Below the pieces are notes generated by a model, which did not search any database, was not told the DNA's origin, and worked only from the letters and a program-made list of their open reading frames with translations. DNA of 48,891 nt, the filler included, from Basidiobolus ranarum (taxonomy: Eukaryota): NCBI GenBank assembly GCA_040143965.1. It is 2 parts of 2 records of this genome, joined end to end, with 100 filler letters (N's around TTAATTAATTAA, not from the genome) between each part and the next. Parts side by side here need not be neighbours in the genome. Positions count along the whole stretch, not along the records: positions 24,526 to 48,891 come from JASJQH010007030.1; 1 more part is not named here. One strand, given 5' to 3'. Position 1 is the first letter of the stretch; each line of letters opens with the position of its first letter. Both the position numbers and the translations under genes were made by a program. Below, piece after piece: positions 34,281 to 45,529 of this stretch.

Positions 34281-37200
34281 AACGTACTAATAATTTTCAG
34301 GAAAGGTCGAAGAACACAGTGGTGGTTAGTTTAGCGTAGGGAAATTACTTGACAAAAAGAATATAGAAACCTATGGAAATGCGTCAAGCGGGTGAAAAGA
34401 ACGCAAAATGGAAAGCAAATGATAGAAAGAAATAAGTAGACAGGCAAAACAAGCAATCCGAGGTGGAAAGCAGTGAAATATATAATTCAGGTACCTGGTG
34501 AAAAAAATCACTGTCCTCTCAAGAAAGGGGGTGATTTTGTGATATAGGATTGGTGTACTAAAATAGGTCAACTTCTGCTAGTTGTTATAGTAACTGAATA
34601 GGCCTGGTAAGACTTACAGATGGGGACTTCCCCTCATCTCAGAAGTAGTACAAAGCAGACTTACTAAAATAACGACAAACATAAATAGAACTGTGCCACT
34701 TAAAGGTGTTAAATAATATTGATTTGATTTGATTTGCTTCCATTCGCGAGCGCGATTTGGAGCATCTTGAGATCTTACAAGAGGGGAGGGAACAATATGA
34801 AATTATCCAACTAAGTATGGCTGAATGACCCCTAACATAGCGTTTAGTCCCAATTTACCATTGAATATGACTGGCAAGTACACTCATGTCAAATTGGTTG
34901 AGAATAGGACTTCAAATGGCATTCAGATGGGAGTGATGTCGCACGAGAACTGGTTCTGAGAGGAACCATTGGTTGCAGAGTCCGGTTTAGTAGCGATTTT
35001 GGAATTCCATAAGTGGCCATGAAGTTGCCAAATTGGGCGTCAGTCCTGTTCTAATTTTATTCCTGTGATCTGTTTGGGCCTCGCCCGTATTTTATTTTGG
35101 AGAAGTGGCCAGCATTTATTCGGTTAGATTACAGACTCATATGAAAGGCAATAATCGTTCATGACAAGACATTGCTGCATCCCAAAAAACAGAGCATAGA
35201 TTGCACTCGCCCTACATTATGAATGGAGCTGCCCTTTGTAACAGCATTGTCTAAGTGCATTACAGCTGATCTTGACCCCTGTGGGGATCCAGAGACCTCT
35301 GTTCAAGACTGCATCCACGTGACCGCCAAATCAAGAAGCTAGGCCCCCACCGCTTCCCTGACCCAAGTATTATGTAATATTAGCTGAGACTTATGGTTTG
35401 TACTCTGGCCATTCATCCCGTCAAGATGAATGCTTATAAGAACATAGGCTGGAGCTCTGGATCAGCAGCGTGGAAAGAAATACGGCATAGCCGCTGAGGG
35501 TCCAAAACTCTGGTGGCTGCAGCCATTACAATCTGCATTAAGGCTGATGGTTTTGGGAACGCCGCTTTGTTGTGAAAGTACTCTCGATTGACTTTGAACC
35601 GTATACAACTCTTTACTCATGCTATTACAGAAAAGCTAATGATAAACGCATTAATATCAAGATAATTGGTTTAAATTAAGTGTCTAATGCAGAGAGCGAA
35701 TGGCCAATTTCAAAATGGATCCGAAGATTCCATTGGCCATTCACCTGGATCCAAATTGAAGCAGAATCCATAAATCAAAATGAGTAATTGGAACTAGAAT
35801 CCACACCTCGCACAATGACTCATATGATCTGGGAACTCAGGAATGAAAGGATAATGTGGCGGATCGCTCATGATGAACTTGCCTGAAGAGTAGGCTCGGC
35901 TTATCCTTTAGGGAGTATTTGTTGTCAAATAAAAATTCCCCGCTCTAAAGGAGCAAGTATTGGCTTAGAGATTGTTGATTCACACAGCTCAAGGTATCAG
36001 TATGATCGGTGAGGATCATGGCTTCATATCATCACAGCCGTGTGAGGTTGTCTTGAAGCCATTGGAGTGTTGGTGTGGAAAGAAATGGCTGCGAACCTTT
36101 AGTGTATCACCTGTATCATACGGTATCTGGTGGGACTTGTTTGGCTAGAGGTTGTTCTGGTTCAGAGAATATGTCAACTTTAATGCAAGAAGAAATTGCA
36201 TTCCAATTGGATTGTCTTTCGATTTTTCTTCGTTGGGGTCCACCAAACTTGCATAGAGCTTTTATTAATGCTAACTGACTAAGTATTCGATATTGTCGAA
36301 ATGGATGCATCCCTAGAGATGAGATCGCCCATTGTGATTAGTGGTTACTGATGAAGCTGTTGCGCAACATACTTACTATTATTAGCTTGCCATCCGGTCC
36401 ATTGGTTCCTGGCTTTTGCTGCACTTCAAGTGACTAAGAATTAGGCCAACTGCATATCATTTTTACATTTAAACTTCGAGCACGGATTTTGGGCCTGTAT
36501 TTGATTGTAGCTACAGGTAAGGATCAAATATCTAGGGACCACTTGCAGTATGGTTTCAGAAGCCCATCGTAGATTGCATTCTCCACATGAATGGATATTG
36601 GGTTGCTAATGTTTACATTGTCTTTTGCCTGTTAGCGTGATGATGGTGTTTCATTCGATGTGATCTATTGCATATAGCTGTCTTCAGCCATGGTGTGCAT
36701 ATGGACCCCAGATGATTTTATTGCTCAGTTTGTAAGGAATTTTATCCTTAAAGAGTGGAGCAGTAGAGGGCGGCTCCTTGTACCTTATTCTGTCACTGGC
36801 TATAAATCCCAGCTCTAAACCCATGCTTCCATGAAACTAGTTTTTTTAATGTAGCATATATATCAAGTGGACCACAATGTTTGTCAGCACTAGTCACATG
36901 GCGTCGCGATGGTTTCGTCATTAATAATGCATTGGCCAATAAATTATATACTCCGTTTAATAGCTTTCTTTTAATACACTGCATCCATCATCTAGAGCTA
37001 GTACGCTACATTTAAGAGGACACTTGCAGAGTATTCTGTAATAGTGGACTTGCAACTTATTTTGGAATACTCTTTTTGCATATGCGCCGACTCCATACAA
37101 AAGTACAATTATTTGGGATCTATTGACAGGAGTGATGTGATTTACATGTATTACGTTACGATACTGAAAATAAAAATGAACAGTGATATATTTTCAGAGT

Positions 37201-37357
37201 TGTGTGTAGTTTGGGGAAAGTGATTAGTGTCTTGGATAAGTTTGAAAATTTTGACCTGTGGAAGGGATTCAAAATGTTGCAATATTGACTAGCGAATTAT
37301 TCCGGAATTATATATAATAAATAAGCTCGTACAAAGTAATGTATCTCATGTACAATC

Positions 37358-37743
37358 TGTTGAAGTATTTTGGGAGTTTGTTGGAAGTGGATTGGAGAAC
37401 TGGAAGAATTCATGGTTTCCACTTATTGATTTTGTTGAAGTATTTTCGGAGCCTGTTGGAAGTGGTTTGGAGAAATAGAGAAATTGGTGGTTTTGACTTA
37501 TTGAGTATTCAGTTGATATTTATAATTTTGTCAAGATGTAGACAAACTAACGCGTAGAATGTGTTGAGAAAGGTCCCAGGAGCATGCGTGCAAAGTTTGG
37601 GGCTCCTAGCACAAGTTTAAAAAATCTATATATCTGAGAACTTCTAAGTAAATTCCTCTTGTGATATCATGGTTCAATATTGAATAACCAAGTACTAAGC
37701 TATATATGACTATATAGGTGTTTAGGCTATGCTAATTTTAACA
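37358..37743 (+). mobile_element. Family-1 solo-LTR-like element, 386 bp, with duplicated first ~75 bp and intact TSD
   Basis: TGTTGAA...TTTAACA flanked by CAATC on both sides. A second TGTTGAAGTATTTT start occurs at ~37433. Confidence 0.85.
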
Positions 37744-38433
37744 CAATCATATAACCAAAAGCCTAACTCACATGATCAAATCAACTGACTGCAAACCTTT
37801 TCAAAGTGCAACACTCTAATACATACTGGCTACAATTCCAAATATGTAGAGTTTCGATTCCTTTGGTTTTTAGCTACGTGCCGTTGTGAATAATTTTATT
37901 TCAAGAAACTAACCGATGTTTGCTACCTACAATGTGGATTTGTGCTTCCTGAAAGCCATGCAATTGTCAGTATATAGCAAGATAGCGACTATCATTTGTA
38001 CCAGGAGGCTAAAATAGTAATAGGTTTGAATTAGCAAGTGCATAGATCCCTGCCTATATGTATCTACCTTCAGTCTACTAGTTCTATCATCTGCAGTTTA
38101 TAGATTAACAAAAGAGATGCTTCCATGATTCTTATTCTACTTCACCTTAAAGCTGCTTAGTAATAAACCAGCACTGAATCATCATAGTTGACAAGTTGGC
38201 AAATTTGCAAGTGGCTGAATATTTGTTTCCCATCTTGCATATATTTGGGAAGCAGTTGCTCAATATACAGAAGTCTGAATATGTATTTTACGTAGTCCCG
38301 GCCAATATGAATAATGGGTAAATCTTTCTCGACTTCCCTATACTTTGTATTTTATGCACAACTATGTATCATTTATTTCAATGTAGTTTGAGGATTTCAC
38401 AGCATATACTTGTTAGATTCAAACACTTCTTAT

Positions 38434-38490
38434 TGTTGAAAATGACATAGCTTAAGCATCCATATAGTCATATAGTTAGCTACCTAAATT
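38434..38490 (-). repeat. Diverged fragment of the family-1 LTR end
   Basis: TGTTGAAAATGACATAGCTTAAGCATCCATATAGTCATATAG resembles TGTTGAAATTAGCATTGCCTAAACACCTATATAGTCATATATAG at 30337. Confidence 0.55.
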
Positions 38491-38934
38491 TCACTTAGTG
38501 AAGATGCACAGTATTAAAGGGGAAAATTTTCATCCATGGTTCAGGATTTGGTGCAACTCTTTCACTAAGAATCTGAATTATCTCCCAAATTAGAGAATTG
38601 CCGGTTCGGATAATTTTTCGCATCATACATCAAAATAGGTAGTGCGTATGAAGTTCTAGAAGCTTATTTGTATTCCTCATGGTATGGGTAAATACCGCTT
38701 AAGAGATAAGCAAAGTAATATAAAGTATTTCTGGTCATATGATCCACTACCAACTGGGGTGTAGTCACTAGTGCACATTCGCCGTCTATGATAATTAGCA
38801 ATCTTTCAAATTTGGAAGCTAGGAGTTTTGTAAATATTAATGGAGACTAATGTTATTGCACGTTTGTTCTTTATTGAAGTTGAATTCAGAGTATTCGAGT
38901 ACTCAAATCTCGCTAGCTCTTGAATTGATGACTC

Positions 38935-39528
38935 TTACCACTTATATCCTGCATCAGGGCCTGGGACCGGGTTGCCACCTGGATGCTCTCCATTGTTTGA
39001 GTAATCACCAGAGTGACCATCTTCATGAGGAGAGTCACCCTTAGAGTGGTTCTTCACATGGTGTTTTCCTTTACCACCATGATGGGAGCCTTTTCCACCA
39101 TTGTGAGAGCCTTTTCCGCCATTGTGAGAGCCTTTTCCGCCATTGTGAGAGCCTTTTCCACCATGGTGAGAGCTTTTCCCTTTACCGGAGTGACCCTTCA
39201 TGTGGTGCTTGCCCTTACCACCGTGATGAGATCCCTTATCTTTACCGGAGTGACCCTTCTTATGATGGGAGCCTTTGCCTTTACCTCTACCGTGACCCTT
39301 TGAGTGATGTCCATCACCATCATGGTGATCATTCTTTTTATCATCGTCATCATCATGGTGTTCATTCTTCTTACCATCATTATACGAAGGAACCACATGT
39401 GGTGCTGGTGCTCCAGAGGACTCCAATGCTGCAACATTACCACTGGCATCAGAGTCTTCGCTAGGATAAGCGAATGCGACTTGGGTAGTGGCAAGAGCAG
39501 TCAAAGCGAGAGCAGCGAAGAATTTCAT
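38935..39528 (-). CDS. Secreted His/Gly/Lys-rich low-complexity protein (197 aa from the ATG at 39528)
   Basis: Signal peptide MKFFAALALTALATTQVAFA, acidic His/Asp block, GGKGSHN/GGKGKHH repeats. TATA-like TATATATA at ~39609. AATAAA ~60 nt after the stop. Confidence 0.85.
   Translation of the reverse strand: MKFFAALALTALATTQVAFAYPSEDSDASGNVAALESSGAPAPHVVPSYNDGKKNEHHDDDDDKKNDHHDGDGHHSKGHGRGKGKGSHHKKGHSGKDKGSHHGGKGKHHMKGHSGKGKSSHHGGKGSHNGGKGSHNGGKGSHNGGKGSHHGGKGKHHVKNHSKGDSPHEDGHSGDYSNNGEHPGGNPVPGPDAGYKW
39076..39300. repeat. Coding tandem repeats: 21-bp unit (GGKGSHN) and 60-bp unit (KGHSGK...HH)
   Basis: CCATTGTGAGAGCCTTTTCC repeats with period 21. TTTACCGGAGTGACCCTTC recurs at 39181 and 39241. 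Confidence 0.9.
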
Positions 39529-40805
39529 GATGAAGAGGTAAGGTAAAGGAGGTAGAAGGGCAAGAGGAGGACTGGTAGGAGTGATGTTCACACACCATGA
39601 TCACTGGGTATATATACCTCAAAACAACTACGCAACTGCTATCCTGGGCGGTGACTTGAGTTGTATGGGAATATGCGAAGAAAGAATGGGGCTGGCGAGT
39701 AATAGTTTAGAAATGATTTACTTGGATGTCTCAGGGACGATGTCGCTTCAAAGTTAGGAGATTTACCCTACGACTTGCTGTGAAACACGTATTTACCTTC
39801 CCATGTATCACACACTAAACTAGCACATGCATAAGGAGTACTTGTTTGATATCAGCCCATTAAGTATATGCATAAGGCTGGGTTTGTTGAATATCTATTT
39901 TAATTGAAACTAGAGTCTAATCCTACATAAAGCCATTGAGAACCGCTATTCCAAGCAGTTGTGAATCATGTCTGAAACAAGTCATTCGAATGGATGGTGA
40001 AAAATGTTTTTGGATTCCCAAGCCGGCGTTACGATGCGATTGTTTATCGCTCTTATTTTCCGATCAAACCAAGGCTATGCTGCCACAGGCGCCTGTAACA
40101 ATGGTGACATTAGATCTCAAGATACCCATGGCGGATGACTGTGATTGGATAGCTCAAGATCAACAACTCTGTTGATGGCGAGACTCTTTGGTAAAGCACA
40201 CAGGTATTTGGGATTTATGGATGATTATCTGCTATACAAACTATCTTGCACATGATTGGGAGGGCTTATGGAATGCGTTCCGTGAAAAAAATGGCTCAAT
40301 GATGCAGTCATACTCTCAAACCATTCCCATGACCAGTCTGATTGCAAATTAAGCTACTGTCCTGGCAAATGGTGTGTGGCATGGGTGAATCACCCAATAT
40401 ATTGATCATTCCTCCAGGGATGGCACAGGGCATGGTTAATACATGCTATATTGAACCACTCAGCTCAGTTATCGCTGATTCTAGTACGCCTTGTTGGCCA
40501 TAAAAGTCGAATCTACACTGATTCTTAAACCATTTTTATTTGCTCTAGCGGCTCTTCAAATTCACATTTAAACTCTGATCACTCTATTGTATTTGGATAA
40601 TTGTCTTTTTTTTTTTAATGCATCACCCCCAGGACAGAGACCATTCATTTCTCTTAAAAGGAAGAATCTCCGTGTAGTGCATATTTGTTATTCTTTTGTT
40701 TGCCTGTCTATACAAGTTTTCCCAGCCAAAACTTATCCTTCTAACTCAAGTTCTTACATTCTCGTATAGGAGACTTGTATTATTATTACAAAAACAATCA
40801 ACAAT

Positions 40806-41462
40806 ATGCCAGTCCTCGAAGTGGTGGGTGGTTTAATAGGTGCAGCCATAGTTTGTTCCATGGTCGTTCGTAAAGTTCACATAAAAAAGCAAAAAGCTAA
40901 AGTCAACAAAATGACAAAAGCATTATGGAAACGTCGAAAATTTATCTATGGTAGTCCCAGAGTCACCCCTGTTACTTCAACTGGTGCAAATACTACTACT
41001 GCCAACAACGATGAAACGGGTCAAACTTTGGCCAACGTCAATTATTACCCTAGTGCTTCTGCTATGGTAACCCCCAATATCATATTACCGCCTATTCATT
41101 TTCGTAGCAACCACCATTACCCACAATTCTCTTCCAACATCCCTATCGCCGATCTTCCAACAATGTCTCAGACAGCTTCGGCTCGTGAATTTGTAGCCTG
41201 TAACGGTAACTTGCCTAGAGAGAATGTGAACCACTTCGAACTACAGAGTTTACCTCCTCCAACACCACCCGCTTCAGCACTATATCGAGAAATCCCTTCG
41301 GCGCCGAGTCTCGCCGAGTCGGAGAATATGGAACAGGAATATCCCGAGTTATCCACTTCAACTTTCTCAAGTCAATTGCCTAGTGCTCCTACTTTAGATC
41401 ATTTCGAACTCTCTGAAAGTATCGCAACTACAACAATATCCAAGGAATGCCTAGTCGGATAA
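40806..41462 (+). CDS. Uncharacterised protein with N-terminal membrane anchor and Pro/Ser-rich tail
   Basis: 218-aa ORF. Hydrophobic VVGGLIGAAIVCSMVV is followed by a basic stretch. Two PSAP motifs. Confidence 0.7.
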   Translation: MPVLEVVGGLIGAAIVCSMVVRKVHIKKQKAKVNKMTKALWKRRKFIYGSPRVTPVTSTGANTTTANNDETGQTLANVNYYPSASAMVTPNIILPPIHFRSNHHYPQFSSNIPIADLPTMSQTASAREFVACNGNLPRENVNHFELQSLPPPTPPASALYREIPSAPSLAESENMEQEYPELSTSTFSSQLPSAPTLDHFELSESIATTTISKECLVG

Positions 41463-42069
41463 AGTATATCCGTGGATCACGTGCTATCCTTGATGGATAA
41501 GATCCGAACCGAATGAAAATTGATCAATTTATTGAATACATGAAATCTGTCTCATCTGCCATTCACGTGATATTCGCTTATTCCACAAATCGCCCTTGAT
41601 ATGATATCGCTGGCTTGATGTCAATCTAAATCAGTCTTCCCCTCTCCTGAAGTCAACGATAAAAGGATCTCCTTCAACTCTCCCAGTGTAAATATATCCA
41701 CCAGTGGACAAGTCCAAATCAGTCAGATTTGAGCGAGACTCCTCGACACATCAATTAGCTCCTAATTAATCTTAGTTGACATTCCTAAAGACAAGTCCTA
41801 TCGTATTTCAACTGTAACTCATCGATGTTTTTGCTTTCAATTTATAAAAATTACCTATGAATCCAAGAGTGTTCAAGTAAAAGGGGAAATTTATTTGCAA
41901 GTGTTTTCGGTGGATTGAAAATGACTTTGAGTAGGTATAGAGAATATTGTTGGCATGACATATACCGAAGAGTTGGGAAAGTGGGCTGTAATTAATGAGC
42001 TATATACAAATCAATTGAATGGATTACTGTATAAATAACAGCGTACAAATGTGGCTAAGAGACTTAGGT

Positions 42070-43577
42070 TTAAATACTTTCGAATGATGCCGAGGCAAAT
42101 CCAATGGCTAGTAATCCTATCAAAAACCAAGTGACAACTGTATTGCCTTTCGGATCATATTTGAATGCAGATGGCAACATTCCTTGGACCACAATAACCG
42201 CCATCAATCCAGCAGCTGCTCCAAATACAATTCCGTACAGGATGGATTGATGGGTGGTTTTCATCTCTTTCAATAGAATGTATCCAATAATCGCCCCTAG
42301 AGGCTGTGAGAGACCACCTAGTATTCCAGCGTACAAGAATGCTTTAGTAGATGATCCAGTGGAGGCGTATATAGGAATGGAAATCATCAGTCCCTCTGGA
42401 ATGTTGTGCACTGCGATGGCAACGAAGAGACCAAGTCCAAGCGATGAAGATACATGACTACCCAAGAACATGATTAATCCCTCTATGTAATGAATGTCTG
42501 TTAATGGATGGTTCATTGGAGGCTTCTCATTGTACAATACCTACCTGGGAATTTGTGGATCGATATGGCAATTGCCGTCTGAATTCCCAAGCTTAATAGT
42601 TGGAGTTTTTGTTCGGTTTCAGTTTCTACAGCAGCCACATCGGCCATGCAAACTGTGTCGTGGCAGTGGACTGAGGTTTTCTTGTGCAGCGTCTCACATT
42701 GCTTTTGCTCCGCTTCATTATCGTGATGATGATGGTGGTGATGATGTTGATGGGCTTCACTGGAGGATTGTTCATGGGGATTACAGCTATCAGGCGGTTG
42801 AACAAAAGGCAAGGCAGGTTGATTTATGTGAGGGTCTGGACATGCCACGTCTGGGGTATACGAATGACAGCGTTGAGGAGCACAATGTTCTGAGCGTGAA
42901 CCATAACACGGGATAGAGGAGGAGTCTTGTAGTAACCGCAAAGTGCTAACTTCATGATCATGGAGATTTCTTTTGTCATTATCACAGGAATGTATTCCAA
43001 CGTCGGCTTCTTCATCAAGTTCTTCAATCGAGGGGGTGTGGCAGGGGCATACATCATGGGGGGAGATCCATTGAATTAAACGGTTCAACAAAAACGCCAT
43101 GATAGTGCCAAAGGTAAAAATACACATCAGGATCACGTTCACGAAGTTACTAACCAACTTCGATTCTATGATAAATCGTCGTGACTCTGGCAGTAAAATG
43201 ACCAAGCTAGAGTATATCTACAAATATAGAAGGAATACATGATATATAACCACTCGGTAAACCAGCGTATATAGAGTTGATAATGTACCATGATTCCCGA
43301 GGCTAAGCCCAACGACGCAGCTAAAAATGTACGCGATTCGGTAATACGGAAATCGCTTTTAAACACTCGTTGTGCGATTCCATCCAAGAATACAATGGAG
43401 GCTGATACGTAAGCAAGCTTGTTAGATTCTGTTTTTTGAAAACTTCAGTAGTACTTCATATCAAAATAGTATACCTCCAAATACACAAGCTAGACTTGAA
43501 CCTAATACTAAGATCCAAGTTTCGGTTGAATTTATAGCATCCTCTTCGTTCCAAGCAGTTGCAGATAACAAGGCCAT
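42070..43577 (-). CDS. ZIP-family zinc/iron permease (ZupT/Zrt3/ZIP11-like), 4 exons
   Basis: FLAASLGLASGIM, His-rich loop HQHHHHHHHH, TM4 AISIHKFPEGL, TM5 AIAVHNIPEGL. Introns 43402-43474, 43218-43288 and 42483-42544. Confidence 0.92.
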
Positions 43578-44946
43578 TTAGAGAAGCTACTTACTTTTAT
43601 TAGTATCTACCTTTAAGATAGATAGAACTGGAGAACAAGGGGGAATAATACTTGAAAGGTCGTAAATAAATCAGGTCTTAGAGTATTCAAATACTTTTTA
43701 AGTATTGTAAAGTAGAGCTTTCCCCTCTTTTGTCACCCCTTTTTTCTCAACTGTATCCATAAAATAGAAACTTGAAAGTGTTGTAGCCTATGAGATTAAA
43801 CCGAAACAGGCTATGGTTGACTGAAGATACTCTCTAGGTATCTGAAATATATCCAATACAACTTCACAGTTGACGAACAGCGCACCTCGTAAGACATAGG
43901 TCAAACATGAGTTTAGCGTTAAAAATATGGATCAAAATGAACGCCGTCTGGTATTAGTGATTTACCAATCATGTTCACCATCTCGCAGAATATGACAATC
44001 GTTGATTATAATGGGAGCGATGAATAGGCGGGTGCCAATTGGTTTAAATTACTGGAACGAAAATGTCGAACAGCGCAACCACAAGGGTACCCCTCTCTAT
44101 GATTGTGATGGATCGTTCAAGCTTGAACTGATTCTTGGTGTATACGTAGTTAAACCCCGAACCTAGTCAGCATCTTCTATTCCTAGACAGTAGCTTTCTT
44201 TAATCCCCAATGCGGTGTACTAAATGTGCTGCCATCACCAAGCATGCATCAAAGGGGCTGTTGTATGGTATCCCTAATACTCCGTTGGTCAATTTGACTA
44301 TGTATGGGGAATATCCCTTGAGCCATATGAATTGATTCACCATGTATCATCTTGTTCTAGCTTAATCAAAATGATGCTATTGTAACGAGCATTAGCAACA
44401 TACTCTATCCCATTTTGGGTGCATTTGAAGTCCATCCCAAATATGTAGGAATGGTTAGGCCTCAATATGAGGGTTAAATGATTTTCAAGTCTCGAAATAG
44501 AATAAGTAGAGGCATGTTTGGCGTGGATCAGCCAAAGCTCACAAATTCGCAGATTTGGGTGGCTTCAAATAGCCCTTGATTAGTACCAGGCCTGTTCTAC
44601 AAAATCGGTAGCGAATACGCTGAATTATACCAATCAATAGTAAGTGAGTACCATGTGAACTGGAGTTGCTGGGGAGTGTACGAAAAGATATTAGTGCAGC
44701 TTTCTGCAGGACGATTGGGTGTGATCTGCAGGAATTTTAACGTAAATGTAAACTCTAAATAAGTAAATTTTATTGGTTATATTTAGATTATTCATAAAAC
44801 TTAGGTAACAAAGTTTTCTCCACCACCATTAGAGAAGGTTCTGGGCATGTGAAACGATATATGCTTCATTGTATAATATAAGCTGCGATGCCCATGTATT
44901 AGGGGTGGAACACTAAAGAAAGATGCATCATAGCTGTCTTTTCTCT

Positions 44947-45529
44947 TTAGAAGTAAGTCTTGTAAATCATGACAAAAGCAGCAACAGCGATAGGGAGTGC
45001 CAATCTAGAAATTAGACTATCAAAGCGAAAAAGAGCCTTCGGTTATTTCTGTTTCTTATAGTGGTGGCTACGTTATGTAAATAACCTACCTTTGCTCCTC
45101 TTCTTTGGGTGGTGTTTGAGTGAAGGAGGGTGTAACAGGCTTCTTAGGAGCTCCCTATTCATTTGCTTAGCAATGGCCCAGATACAAATACTATTTCGCT
45201 AAACTTACCACTGATTCCATATTACCCACGAACATATCAGTCAACATGTTGCGAGCATCTTCAGAGTGACCAACATCAATGAATGCCTCGGTAGCGTCTA
45301 AGCCGGCTTGCTCAAGAATAACCTCCTCACCGCCAGGGTGCTGCATCAATGAAAATATCACAAAAGGTGAATAATGATGGCTTGAAGCAGGTAAAATGGA
45401 GGAAGAAAAAAAGAGACAAACCTCATCTAGAAACTTCGTCACGTCGTAAACTTTGCCCTCAATGGAGAACCATACATCTGACTTACTGGTATGAGTGCTA
45501 AGCTCTTCGGCTGAGATGATTTTAGCCAT
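44947..45529 (-). CDS. CYB5: Cytochrome b5 with C-terminal tail anchor, 4 exons
   Basis: KVYDVTKFLDE|HPGGEEV...DATEAFIDVGHSEDAR and tail LALPIAVAAFVMIYKTYF. Introns 45341-45421, 45155-45208 and 45017-45089. Confidence 0.95.

Noticed and set aside
34600-37300. Long intergenic stretch (likewise 45700-48200) inspected for decayed gag/pol, transposase or ncRNA
   Set aside because: No RT, integrase or transposase motifs and no RNA signature recognisable by eye. BLASTX and Infernal would be needed.
37339-37557. 72-aa ORF with an internal repeat (LLKYFGSLLEV twice); also 25864-26070
   Set aside because: Translation of the non-coding LTR-like repeat.
21563-38490. Recurring repeats considered as a CRISPR array
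   Set aside because: Eukaryotic context. The repeats are long, dispersed and TSD-flanked, with no regular spacers or cas genes.
45005-45019. Second in-frame 3' splice site 12 nt downstream in the last CYB5 intron
   Set aside because: Possible, but there is no evidence of use and the effect would be only 4 aa.
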